Positions 51,400 through 64,000 of a stretch of DNA of 64,000 bases are shown here, piece after piece; position 1 is the stretch's first letter; each line of letters begins with the position of its first letter. Below the pieces are notes generated by a model. It was not told the origin of the DNA and made no database searches. It was given only the letters and a program-made list of their open reading frames with translations. Source of the stretch: Camelus ferus. Lineage: Eukaryota. The DNA is taken from the NCBI RefSeq assembly GCF_009834535.1, contig NC_045696.1:93560001-93624000 (forward strand), read 5' to 3'. Both the position numbers and the translations under genes were made by a program.

Positions 51400-51895
51400 T
51401 AAGTAAATCAGCTAAAGCATTTTTTCAATTATCTTCATAATTGGATTGATTCTTCCAAATCACTTTTCAACTCAGCACTGTAGATGCCCCTGTTTTTCCA
51501 GCCAATGCATCCTCTGTGCCACCATCCGTATAGGTGATGTAGCATGTCATAGAGAAATGCTCTCCTTCTGTCTTAAGAATTGTCTTCCTAGCCACTGACA
51601 CCCAATTTGCAAGTTTTGATGTGGGTGCTTTTTTGATCTTACAAGAAGATGTCAATAAAAGGTTTTAGACAACAAATAGGATACGTTTCTTCTTTGTATG
51701 GTCTTTAAGTGGTTTGTTGTCTGAATCACTGATGTACTGCAGTTCTACAATCATGACAGCAGGAACCAAGGTTTGCATAGGCAGGCAGTAACAACTGTGT
51801 CTCAAAAGCTGCCTGACTCACTGCAGTGGCAAGATGTCATCAACAGCAACACTCATCTCCATTTCAGAGGTGTTAAAACGTAAAGAAGTGCTCTT
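51400..51895 (-). mobile_element. Fossil pogo/Tc2-type (Kanga-like) DNA transposon, C-terminal part of DDE transposase, disrupted
   Basis: Minus strand translates VPAVMIVELQYISDSDNKPLKDHTKKK, then (frameshift/stop) LTSSCKIKKAPTSKLANWVSVARKTI...HFSMTCYITYTDGGTED; colinear with the IPGGxTxxLQPLDVSVNKPFK...TPSGKIKK...WVxxAWxxI...SFKKCCITNxxDGTED motif of pogo/Tc2 transposases. Confidence 0.75.
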
Positions 51896-53899
51896 GGAAT
51901 CAACAAAATGTATCATTAGTACCATCATTTCATGGATAGTAAATTAGGATGCATAAATCTCTCATTGCCCATAAAATCACACTACCAGTAAGTGGTCAAG
52001 CCAAGGCTCAAACCTAGGTATCATAAAATATTGTGTTTCAGATCATACATCCAGTACTCAATAGATAGAACACTGGGTTTAACTTCTTTTAATCTCAAGT
52101 ATCCTTATTAACTAGATTTGTGTAAATTATTTCTCTCCACCCCCTACTCCCAACCGTGTCTTGCTCTCTATTTTTCTACCAAAGTGTACTGCCTCTTCAA
52201 TAGACATCTTTATATTTACTACTTGTAATTTTTCTGCTAGTTGGGAAAATGCTACACAATCAGGTATAAATAAGAGTAATGCTTTTAACTGAATTCAGTA
52301 CATGAGCTTTAATGTATTGACTCTTGAGTATTCTATTTAGGCTCCTTAAAAGAGATTTTCTTTTAGTTTCTTCATCTCCAGCTATTTTCTAAATGGCTGT
52401 AGATGCCAAATATACATCCTATATATAAATATAGCAGCCTACAGTTTTATTCTTTTTTTCATTTCTTATTTTTATGTATTTTGTGTGGCCCTATAATTCT
52501 TTGCTAATTTGGTCTGTACTATAAAATTTCTCATTTCTACCATTCAGGACTTACTGTTGAATACTTACAACAGTTACTAATGCTATTTGGTGATGCTATT
52601 TTGTTTTAACCAACAGGGATGGATAAGTTACCTGTAATGTATCAGCTTTTAAAAAAACCATAATTATTGGTACCAGATTACTTCTATAATTATCCAGGTA
52701 AGCAAAAAAGAATATCATATATTATAGTTATAGTCATTTTTAATCATTTGACTTTCAATTTACTATGCATTTTCTTTTAGGTTTATTTTATATATAAATT
52801 TTTTTCACCACTAATGAATGTTCTCTTTTCCCTTTCCCTGGAGCCACTTACACAATAGAACCCTGGGGTAAAAAAAAAAAAAAAAAAAAAACTACCAGCA
52901 TTTTTATTCATATTGAAAAAAAATGTTGTAAAGAGAAAAATGAAGAACATATTTATCTCAAATCCCAGTCTAGTCATATCTGTCTCATGTAGCAGAGAGA
53001 TCTTTTCCATCCTATCAATTTAGTCCTGCTGAAATGGTATTTCTGCATTCGCTTGCTATCTACCTTCAGTTATTCAGAGGCCTCCCCATCTTTAAATTAT
53101 GTATTGGCTGCTCACCTATCTTCCTATAGGTTATTTTCATCAGTCTGTATACATAGTTTGATTATTGGGGTGTCTCATGCAGGTTTATTCTTTCTCTCTC
53201 AAAGAAATGCTAGTAAGTTGAAAGCTGTTCCTGCTGCTAAATTTCAGAGTCTTATGTTGTGACAAAAGCCCCAGAGCCTTATAATTTATAGATAGTGACT
53301 CCTCTTGTACACATCACCGATATTTGACATGCTTGCCTTGACATTTATGTCCTAACAGATGATGGGGCTTCCCATCTAACAGTAAGGCAGAAAACCCCTC
53401 AGTCACATTGAGCGGTCTGCTTCTCTGAATACAACACAAGAGTAAAGAAGAACACACTTTAATCGCTCAGCAAGCACAGCTTGGATCTTTTATGCTGTCA
53501 ACTGTACTGGCGTCCTTGACATACTGAGAGCACCAACTCATTAACTCCTGTGAATTTGTGCATTTGCCAAAGGCTGCTTAGAGAATTAAAGAACAGTTTT
53601 CCTGTCTAAAGCATAGGCCTGGAACCCAAATAATGTGGTTTCATCCTGTCCTAGTCTAACTTGAGGGGAGAGGCATTAATTCTAATATTAGATGATTGTT
53701 TTCTGTTTTCTTTTATTTAGTATCTAAAACATCAATGTCCTCAACTTCCTCACAGTCATCTTTCTGATGAGCCTATGTCACAAATATCCTACCCCATTAC
53801 TCTATTCCCAAGCTTGAAGACTGAGGATTAGTTAAAAATATTTTTAAACCTGCAGTTTGATAACATTTCAAATTAATGATCTTCAGCCTCCATGGAAAC

Positions 53900-55115
53900 A
53901 TCAGTGCTGCAGAGACATCTTGAAAAGATAGTTCATTACGAGTTTTTTCTTCTACATAACCTTTAAAATCCAGTCCATTCAGCGTCCAACTCCACAAAAT
54001 TGTTCTCACCAAGCTGGCCATGATTCCTGATATACACAATTCAATGGATAAATTTCAGTTCTCAGTTTTAAGTCTATGAAATCACTTTCTTACAATATTC
54101 TTCCTATTGCTTTAGTGACATATTTTCAGCCTGCTTTGCAAATGTCTATGCCTTTATCAAACTCATAAATAATTATATCTTCCAGGCTTTCTTCTCAACA
54201 CTCTTTTCTTCTTACTCTACCTTCTCTTCCTTGGCCATTTCATTCCCACTTATGTTTTGAACCACTACCAAAATATTGATCACAATGTCACCTATATCTC
54301 CAGAATCTATTCTTCCACTCCAAATTTTCTTTTGACTATCAAATCCACATTCCCAACTTCCTACCAAAAACCTCTCCTGAATCTATCACTGGTATCTCAA
54401 ACTCAGCGTATTCAATCTGAACTTATCCTTGTCCCTATCGAGCTGCTGTATTTTTATGTTCCCTATTTCAGAATACAATTCATCATTTATCCAGTTGCCC
54501 AAGTGAGAAATCTGGATGTCATCTTTGTCTCCTTTCTTGCTCTGACCCCCCTACAACCAATTAGTCACTAAACCGTAACTTTACTATTTCCTTAATACCT
54601 CTCAAACCTGCTCTCAAAGTTCTATTCCTGTTGTCAACGTACGAGTTCAGCTCTTGACTGAATTGCCACGCAATGACCTATCTCCCTCTCCACCAGTCCC
54701 TTACACTTCTGACAGAGTGACATCCAAATGCACAAATTGGATCACATCATTCCACTGCTTAACATCTTTAATGGCCACCTATTAACTTCAGGAAGAGAGA
54801 AATGCAACATCATACGAGATCTTTCAGGAATGAAATGTTAACTTTTTGTGCAGCTTTATCACTGTACATACTTTCAATACCACGTGGCATTTTTCATGGT
54901 CCAGTTCAAGTGCACTCTGAGCCCTGATGCTGAATTAGATACTCTCGTAGGCTGCAATTATACCTTAGACAATCGCTGGTAGAGCAGTCATTACATTTTA
55001 TCATAACTATCTTTCTTCCTTCATTCCCAATTCCTTAAAAGGAAAAAAAATTTCATTTCTGGACCCCTCAACACCTGGCTTATATTAAAAACTCAACAAG
55101 TCTTTGTTGAATGCA
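53900..55115 (+). mobile_element. L2 3' region
   Basis: 'atccagttgcccaagtgagaaatctggatgtcatctttg', 'ggatcacatcattccactgcttaac', terminus 'ctcaacaagtctttgttgaatgcatg'. Confidence 0.85.
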
Positions 55116-56959
55116 TGTCTGATTATAATTGTTTGTAGAAGTATAAAATTTTGGCTTTTCTAAGTATATTCAATGCTCATTCTTTTTTAAAAAACATGGC
55201 TTAAGGAAACTTGACTTTTGTTTCCAATTCATGAATTCAAAAGTTGAATAATCACAACTAAAGAATAATAATGTCAAAATGAAAATAAACTAAAGATCCA
55301 ATGGTATAATAACCAAAATTATAAACTGCACAATGTCTTTGAGAATAATTTTATTTATTCTATTCATAGGTGCTTTTAAATAGCTTTAATTGGTCTCTGC
55401 CTCAAGGTAGTATTTGACTTTATATTTGAATTTTAAATGTTAAGAATATAAGATTTGTTATGCTCAAATGTAACCTATTTCACCCAGCAACCATTTTATA
55501 GTTTTCTAGATTTGTAAAGATCAATGTGTATTTTCAAAGACTTATATATAAAATTTGCCTCCAGTGGCTAAATGGTCCAGTCAGACAAAGAGACAACAGT
55601 AAACACTATGTATCTGAATTTCAACAGCATTAGTAATTTACATTTCACCTTCCATAAGCGTCAACAAATAGAAGGTCTGAAGCTGTGACTCCCAGCTATG
55701 GTGGTATTAACATCTCAATTGTACTTAAAATAACCTCAAGGGATGACATAAAAATTTTTTAAACCTAAACTATAAATTCAATTTCATGTTAGAAATGGAT
55801 ATCACTTTTTAGATTTTGTGTTGAGGATTGCCAATCTAACAGCAATTCAGGACTATACCAGGTAGGAAACCTTTTCAATTATGTTGAAAATACTGTATGA
55901 AATAATAGGATCTAATTTCAAATGGAAGGGATTTCATTGTTTTTTTTTTTTATAAATAACACTGTATATTGATTTTAATGTTTTAGTTACTTGAATAGCC
56001 AAATCAGGCAGAAAACTTATCATAATGAATATACGTCAGTGTAAATAGCTATTGATAAAAATGCTTTGATATACAGAATAGCTCACAGCTATTTCCAAGG
56101 CAAAAAGATCAGTATAGCACTGAAGAATAAATTATACCTTTCTTCCTTCTTAAATATTTGGATAAATAATAAGATTCCTAATTATATTATTCTTGTAAAT
56201 TAGTAAATAAAAAGTAATGTATTAATCATTCTGTTAGAATAAATTAAAGATACACTATGTAATTATCACAGAAAAATCATGCATTTAAACATATATAATA
56301 AAAAGTTAGAAAAATGGTTGAAGTCTCAAAATAGGTTAACATTCTGGGACTAACACAGAAGACAGAAAATAAATTTACTGTACAAATAGAATGATATACA
56401 AGTAGAAAAAGAAACTAATTTGGTTACTATGAAAAAGAGAATAGAATTTTAAAAATGCTATTAGAAGTCCTGAAAAACCTTCTGAAGAGTAGCAAATATA
56501 TACTACTTTAAAAGTAAATGCCACTGAACACAGTAATCCATATCCAGGACTTAATCTTAGTTTAAGTTTTTGGCAAAATATGAAAATGTGTTTCAAGAAG
56601 GATATTTACCATTTATAATGATAAAAACTGAAACTATACTAAGTCTCAATAATAGGAGATATGCAAAAATCTGAGTATATACATGCAATGGAATGTTAAT
56701 CTATCATTAAAAGTTACTCCAAAGTATATATTTATTAAAAATACATTTCCTATAACCAACACAATTTATTGTTTATAAAGAAATAATCAACTTTTTAAAA
56801 AGTTGTCATGTAAGAAGAATAGCCAAGGTTAAAGTGGATTAACTAAATAGGCAGAGTCACATAAAATAAAAGTGAACAAAAGTGAACAATAGATTTAGAG
56901 TTGAAAAACATCTTGGATGTAATTAATGAAGATAAGCAATATTAATTGGGCGGCAGTAG

Positions 56960-57060
56960 TAGGAGCAGTAGCTTGCAAAGCTGGTGAGTGATAAAGGCAA
57001 GATTTGAACCCAGGCTGCTTAGTTCTGGGGGCTGTGTATCGAACTGCTGTGCATATTGCT
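56960..57060 (-). mobile_element. MIR fragment
   Basis: 'gctggtgagtgataaaggcaagatttgaacccaggctgc'. Confidence 0.6.
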
Positions 57061-57629
57061 TCTCTGTAAACAAATATTCAATCAGTGCAGAGAAAATAAA
57101 ACCATGCACCAAAAATTACATAACTAAGCAAGAATGGAGAGTAGAAAACCATCAAGGAAAGAATAAAGCTGCTACATGAGTACATAGGAAGTAGGCTCAG
57201 AAATTAAAACAATAGTAGACTTAAGAAGTTAACATAGAAACTAAGGATGATACAGGCCACACAGAATCTAATGGTAGATTAAAAACACAAAAACAAAAAC
57301 AAAACCCCATACCCAAAGCAGGGACCCCTTCCCTAGGGACGTTTGCACACAGCCAGCCTGCTCGTTTATATATATTTCCAGTGACAGAGTCAGTACTGTT
57401 TCACACACTCTTTCTCCAGCTGGAGAGTTCTAACCTTTTGAAGTTTCTTAAATTGAGCAAAGCCCCCTTTTCCATGTAACTTCTGCACATTAAACCCAGG
57501 TGTGTCCTAAAAGGAAACAAATGTACTATCTATTCTATATAACGGCACATAGACCATAACTATCTTGAGTACTTCCCTTTAACTTTTTCTTCACACTAAA
57601 CATCTTTTAAGTTCTTTCGTAAATGCTCC

Positions 57630-59045
57630 ATCTGTTTAGTGAGTACATTCTGTGCTCTGGGCACTAAAGAAATAATAACAACAACAAGTAAGGAAGTTAC
57701 TGTTCCCCCAATAACTTACATTCTAGAGTAGGAAAACCCAGCACAAAAGAGTGACGAAAGATGCTCGTTGATGCTAGGTCAGAACAGAGTGCAGCAGGAG
57801 TACAAAACATGGATGCTAGGTCAGAACAGAGTGCAGCAGGAGTACAAAACATGAGAGTAACTAAGCTTGTCTCAGAGCAAAACAAAAACAGTTCACATAC
57901 AGGTGAAATTTTAGCTGATGCTTAATTAATGAGTTTTTCTAGCAGACACGACACCAAGCACAAAGACTCTATAGTGAAAAAGATTTTGACATCTTCTCAG
58001 AACAAAAAGAAAACCATTCTGCCAGGAGTCAATCAGCATGGAGAATGGTTAAAGACAAGATTGAAGTGATAGAAAAAAGCCAGATTATTGGGTCTTTGCG
58101 GACTGGAACAAAGAATTTGGATCTTATTTTATGAAGGGTCTGAGAAGGAAAAGGCTCTTCTTTGATGAACATTTTAAAATGACCACTCTGGAAGCTCTGT
58201 AGAGCATAGACTCCAGAAGAATGAGGAAGCAGGGAGATCCACTAGAGGATAATGCAGTCATTTAGCTGGAGAAGGATGGCAGCTGGGACCTGGGGGTGGC
58301 AAATGGAGTCTGAGAGAAGGAGTTAAATTTGAAAACCATGTTAGAGGTAGAATTGACAGGACTTGCCAATGGATAAGGAAAAGAAAGTGAAAAAAAAAAT
58401 CAAGATTCTTAGGAATTTGTCATGAACAATGGTGGTGTCTTTTACTGAGACGAGGAAACTGAGGATAGTATAGGTTTAGAGAATAAAATCAAGAGTCTGG
58501 TATTTGACACATTTTTTTGTGTGGGTATAAGGCATTAGAGTTTTAGGGAAAAGATGCAGATATGAATTAGAATATTTATAGCAGCACAGTAGAAAATATT
58601 ACCTAGGAAAAAGAAGGAGACCAAAGACTCAATTTTGCTTCCCTTAGTCTGTAGAAATCAGTTAAGGAGGGAGACATTAGCCAAAGGGCAAGAGAAGAAG
58701 TGGATAGTAAAGAATAAAGAAAACCAGAAGCGTAAAGAGTCACAAAGGACAAGAGAGTGTTTCAAGAAGGTGGAAATGGTCAATTGTGTCCAATACCAAT
58801 AAGAAATAAAGAAATGGCCATTGGGTTTGGTGAGGTGGGAATCACTGGTAGTCTTGACTGACTAGGGTAGAGTTAGGGAATGAGGCAGGCTCACACCCAT
58901 TTAAAATAAGTAGAACAGCATAGTGATTCAACAAAATAAATTTCTGTTGTTTAAGGACATTTTAAAAAATAAAATAAAATAAATAAAATAGAACAGGCAA
59001 TGAAGATGAGGAGATGGAGACAATGTGGACATCTCTACTGGGAAA
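57630..59045 (-). mobile_element. L2 3' region
   Basis: 'aacttacattctagagtagg', 'cattttaaaatgaccactctgg', 'ggtagaattgacaggacttgccaatggat', 'gagagtgtttcaagaagg'. Confidence 0.85.
57770..57853. repeat. Perfect 42-bp tandem duplication
   Basis: gatgctaggtcagaacagagtgcagcaggagtacaaaacatg at 57770-57811 and 57812-57853. Confidence 0.97.
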
Positions 59046-59169
59046 ATTTATAAATTCTTTCCTGAAATCAGAATATATTCACTCTATGCCCTCCTAATCT
59101 ACTACATTAATTAGACTCTCAAGGAAAAAAAAATGATGCTAAGTTTAATATATTGTCTGGCACATTCAT

Positions 59170-59648
59170 GTGCTGCATATTCTTTGCCCTTCCAGATTAA
59201 TTCTGAAGACTTCTCTATCCTGGCCTGTGCACTGGCTTCAGCCAAGCTCTATTACATTCTGATTTCTAGTTGAATTCAGTCAATGGGGGGATGCCAATAT
59301 TAGAGAGAGAGTAGAAGGAGACAGAGAGGTTAGGGCACTTATTCATTGTGTTCTGCCTACTTGTCCAAGGTTTCATAGTAGCTTTCTCCCTTACCTGAGG
59401 TCTCAGCTCCTGCTGAGACCCTGCATCCATGGCCACCTACTGGATTCCAGTAATATCTATTTTTCCTTGTCCTTTGAAGCCTAAGGATGCTAATGGCTTC
59501 TTGCTGTTGCTAGCCAGTCCCTGGGTACTACACTATCCATGATCGGTTCCCCCAGAGCTACCTGCTCTTTGTAAACCCCTTCATTAAAATTATTTCAATT
59601 GCCCTTTGAGTGTGCTGTCTCTTTCCCACTGGGACCCTGACTGATAGA
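59170..59648 (+). mobile_element. LTR33-like ERVL LTR
   Basis: 'ctagttgaattcagtcaatggg', 'gcctaaggatgctaatggcttcttgctgttgctagcc', terminus 'gggaccctgactgataga'. Confidence 0.75.
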
Positions 59649-61197
59649 ACCCTCAAAAAAGGTTTGTTGGAACAATGTGGACTATATTTTTCTTAAAGAG
59701 CACATGATTTATGATCATTGTCAAATATTTCAATCTTTGCTGGAACAAGGCAGGGCAGTTAGGAATGGCAGGGGGAAAAAAGGCAGAGAAGAAAGAGAGA
59801 GAAGACCAGTTACCTTTCTAGTCACTGGGATTTTCTACCCTGTTGTCTCTTGAGTGAGCTGTCTCAAGCCCCAGGTCAATCTTCTTTTGCACAAAAGCCA
59901 GCCTTACAGAATGCAGTCTCTAACATATTACATGTTTCTTTTTCTGGGACTCCAGATCCCTTCATTTTAAATAGCTTCAGAAATATTACAGATGTTATAT
60001 ATACAATGTCATATTCAGACAACATACTAAAGAACAAAATTTCCTCAAGTCTCTAGATTGATAACCCAATGTCTCAGCCTCCTGTGCCACATGTAAAATT
60101 ATAATGTCAGGTATTTGCTTCCTGACATAGAGGTCTGACCTCATGACAACTTCTAAGAAAGATTCTCTGACTGATTTAAATTCTCATTCTACAGCCACTG
60201 ATCTCAGTCACAAAGATTTTGGAGAAAACGATTTTTCCCCAAGTTGGTAAATTAATAAAGGAGACATGATCTTTTTTGGATATCTCCCCTAGGGAATGTG
60301 GCAAAAAGAATTCCTTTTAGTGGAAAACCATACTTTGTGAATAAAGATATTCAACTTTTGTCACAAAAATAGAGATAGCATATCTTCTTTTTCATTTTAT
60401 TTATCTTTGTGTTGAACTGTAAAGTTTAATCTAAATTTCTAGGGGAAAAAATTCTGTACTGAAAAAGCCTAAAACATATTAAATTCTTCTATAGTGGACA
60501 AGCCACTCTGCCAGTCACAACTAGTTCCCCCTCTCAGGTTAAGCGATGTTTCCCCTTTTCAATCTCAACATAAAAGAAACGCAGTTGAACATCACTAAGT
60601 TTCTTTTTCCAAAAAATATCCTTATATAAATAACTCTTCAAAGGCAGTCCTAATTATCATAAAGTATCACCAAGTTTTGTACGCATGGCCTAGGAAACCT
60701 AACTTTTCAAAGAAACTTTGGATGAATAGGTTGGGGAAATAACTTTATTTGTTGTCTAGCTAGATATTGTTATCTAGTATTCAATATGATGTCCCTGCGG
60801 AGTAAGCTTTTATCAAAGATGTTCTCAGCCAGTACCAGAAATAGAGCATTTTCATTTGGAGGGCCCAAAATTGGATTCAGTGCTGTACAAATAGATACGG
60901 ACAGATGCATCTGCCAGCACAATGGATTTTCCAAATAATTTCTGAAGAAGCTTTCAGGCCGAGAACCTCATTATCCAACTTCTATGTAGACCTCGGGGCA
61001 TAGTCAGGAGATCAGCAGCAACGGGGCAGGTGGGGGAAGGGAGGGTGCTGAAAACAAGGAAGGCATGGGAATTTCACTTTGGTTATGATTAGGCAGCCAG
61101 CAATCTTGCCATATGTCAAAGGAATTTGCCAAAAAGATTTATCAGGAATAAAACAAAAAGATTAAGTTGGTTTACCAAAAGGAGCTTTTTCTGTAAC

Positions 61198-61645
61198 TAT
61201 TTTTGAATCCCAGCCTCAGTGCCTTGACACCGAATTGAAATCTGGAGATAAGAGTTTTGAGTGAAGTAAAAAAAAAGTTTTACTTCTTTGCCAGGCAAAG
61301 GTAGTCACAGCAAGCAGGCTAATGCCTCAAGTCTGCGAGCCCAATTTGGGGAGGGGCAGCAGGAAGTTTTATAGTGAGAGTCCAAGGAACAGAGTTTCTG
61401 ATCAACACCTGGGAACGTGCAGGGGTTCCATTCTTTCCCCCCGATGCAGCTGCATTGGCGTCAAGAAAACCTGGCAATGTGGACTCCGGTCTCTGTGGTT
61501 AGAGTCAAGCTAGAATGTGCTTCAGCATGAGGGAAGCCATTTTTTGCTTACTATTACCTGGGTACTTCGGAGAAGAGCTACAGCAGAGGATATGGGGGAG
61601 GGGGGTCTGTCCCAGGAAGACTCCACAGGGTCCTGTTCCATTACA
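61198..61645 (-). mobile_element. ERV1-class solo LTR (laurasiatherian/artiodactyl type)
   Basis: 'gagataagagttttgagtgaagtaaaa...ctttgccaggcaaagg' and terminus 'cccaggaagactccacagggtcctgttccattaca'; possible 4-bp TSD taac/gaac. Confidence 0.75.
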
Positions 61646-61809
61646 GAACTCCAGGAGTAAGTGACTTCAATGGATATAGTTAATTTTTCCTACAAAGTAG
61701 TTTCATAAATGCCTTAAATTTGTATTCTTAATTAAAAAAACTATAAATGACAGAATTTTAAAAATCACCTCCCGCATCCCAGTTGCTTCCAGAATTAATG
61801 ATTACTGGT

Positions 61810-62184
61810 GGTCTTACTACATTCGGCCTGCTATAACAAAATACTACAGATTAAGTGGCCTATAAACAACAAAAATTTACTTTTTACAGTTCTGGAAGCT
61901 GGAAGTCCAAGATCAGGGTGCCAGCATAGTTGGGTGAGGGCCCTCTCCTGGGTTATAGGGTGCCGACCTTTCTCTGTAACATCACATGGTAGGAGGGACT
62001 AGGGAGTTCCGTGGGAACCCTTTTATAGGGAATACTAATCCCATTTATGAGGACTCAGCCTTCATTTTATGACCTAATAGCCTCTCAAAGGCCCAACTTA
62101 CTAATACCATCCCTTCTAAGGGGTAGGATCTCTCAACATATGAATTGTTGGGGGTGGTGGGGAAGATACAAACAGACCATAGCA
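61810..62184 (-). mobile_element. MLT1A/B-type MaLR solo LTR
   Basis: 'gctataacaaaatactacagattaagtggcctataaacaac...cagttctggaagctggaagtccaagatcagggtgccagca...cagaccatagca'; TSD ctggt/ctagt. Confidence 0.92.
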
Positions 62185-64000
62185 CTAGTGATTCCATAAC
62201 CATGGATTAGAAAGGGTTTGGGGAGCACACAGGTAAAGGGATGAGAGACTAAGGAGAAAAAACATGAACTGTTCACAGTTAATAAGTATTTAAATTACCA
62301 TGCAAATAATTACATATGTTTCTCTTTTACAACCTCTCCTCCAAATGGTTGCCATGTAAACTGAGATTTAGAAGACTGAAGCCCTTGACATCCACAATGT
62401 TTATTGGTTAAGACTATGCATTTTAGTCATTCAGTTCAAGATAGTGTCAAACTCATTCAAACAGCGGCTGGCAACTGTCCTTGGAGCTGCTGTCCTTGAA
62501 GTCACCAGTTAGAGAAGGCTTGCAAAAGCAGGCCCTGAAAATTTAATAGAAGTACACAATTTCCCAGTGATTATGGTACAATAGTTACAATATTTTTTCT
62601 ACATTTGAATAAAAGAATCACAGTAAGTCAAGGATAAAGTAAGTTTTGCACAGAGTTATCAAAATATGTATGCTTATGTGTGTGTGTCTACATATATATG
62701 AAAGTAGAAAAAAATCCTTCCATAAATGTGGAATCAAGAGGAAGAGTTACAGTGGGACATGACCGAGAGATTAAAATAAATTCTATTATTTAATATCTTG
62801 CCAACTGGGGCTTTGGGCCCTATTTTAATCATTAACTGAGGTTTAAAATGTGACTTATCTCCAATCCACTCCTAAACTAATTTACCAAGGGATAAATTCC
62901 TGCATTATGTTCTACTTATTTTTCTCCTTTACTTTGTATAGCCAGTATCTAAGTTCTACTGCTTCTGCAGACAGAGCATTTTCCAAGTCCATTAAGGTTT
63001 TCTGCAGAACTCATAGGCCCCTGACTGAGTTGAAACTTTTACCACAGAATCAAGGATTCTTAGTATTTCAAGGACATAAAATGGACATAAAATCAACCCG
63101 GAGTTAAATTTCCTTCCAGACTAGAGTGTCCCTGACTGACAGCCACCCTGTCTCAGCAGAAACAATTGCAAGGAAAGGAGAGAGGGAGCAAGATCTAGTT
63201 CATGTGCAGCCTATGTTGCCTGCTAACTGGATGACTATGAAATAATCACAACTATTCACTCATCAAATAAAAATAAAAACATCATTATCCATTTATATAG
63301 ACCCTTATGTAAAACTCTATAACTTCTGAAAAACCTGCAAAACGTGCTATTACAATTTAATTCATTCTTTATTATTTCACCAGTCAAGCTCCTCCACTTC
63401 TATTTATTTCTGCTTATTACAAGTCTCCCTTCCTCCTTTAGAAAGAGCCAAAGGTCCTTCCCTGATGTGCAACCTTAAACGACAGAACAGTCTACTGGTA
63501 TTTTTGCCCCCGAAAGTTATGGGGTTAGATGGATGGCTGTGTCAGCAAGATCAGGCACAGCTACAGCATCAGAAAGGAACAACATCTATTAGATAATAAC
63601 AAGCTGTTATTTTAAAATCTTGATGGAACATTACTGATGGTGCTAATAACAATCTCTTAGTTCTTGGTTTCTTCCAGCCAAGGCATATACTTCTTAAGAT
63701 TAAATATACAAGTTTGAGGTATGGTATAATAAAACTGCCACTTTAAAAGGGGCCCAGAGAGCTAAATCTTAGACTGCTCAGTTGTGGGCTGCTCAAACTT
63801 CACAATATCCCATTTTTCATAAAGTTAGGATGCACATATGGTAGATTCTAATTTCATATCCTTTATTTGCTGCCATAAACTGGTTTGGTAGATCTACAAT
63901 ACCAGACTGGTGGTGATTTTCTTACCCAAACACCAAATCCTGGCATTCCACTTAGCTGCATGTATACACACCTTCCTCCATAAGGCCTTCCCCATTCTAC

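Noticed and set aside
57697..57885. ORF with repeated peptide MFCTPAALCSDLAS; repeat could be mistaken for a CRISPR-like unit
   Set aside because: Produced by the 42-bp tandem duplication in L2; two adjacent copies, no spacers, eukaryotic context.
1..64000. Known miRNA, snoRNA, snRNA or processed pseudogene; identity of a host gene; a novel multi-gene system
   Set aside because: I recognised no mature miRNA or structured RNA sequence, no multi-exon reading frame and no gene-diagnostic sequence. Rfam/miRBase and genome BLAST searches would be needed to exclude them formally.

Overview
AT-rich, CpG-poor mammalian genomic DNA (intergenic or deep intronic). It is most likely camelid, inferred from two tRNA-derived SINEs of Vic-1 type and artiodactyl-type L1 3' tails. 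I find no supportable protein-coding gene, RNA gene or CRISPR-like system. The only ORFs with recognisable homology are decayed L1 ORF2 fragments and a fossil pogo/Tc2-type DDE transposase. By eye, about half or more of the window is interspersed repeat: L2, MIR, old and younger L1, MLT1/MLT2/MER21/LTR16/LTR33-type LTRs, two ERV1-type solo LTRs, and hAT MITEs MER5/MER20. The most interesting signals are retrotransposition and recombination footprints: a candidate L1 3' transduction, a TSD-flanked near-solo poly(A) insertion, a 36-bp identical tract between two ~20%-diverged inverted L1 fragments, and a MER41-like solo LTR with an altered STAT site. There are also repeat-free islands with clustered transcription-factor motifs and a few weak minus-strand exon candidates. 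I see no evidence of a novel multi-gene system. Repeat subfamily names and most boundaries come from recalled consensus sequences and are approximate (tens of bp) unless a TSD is quoted.
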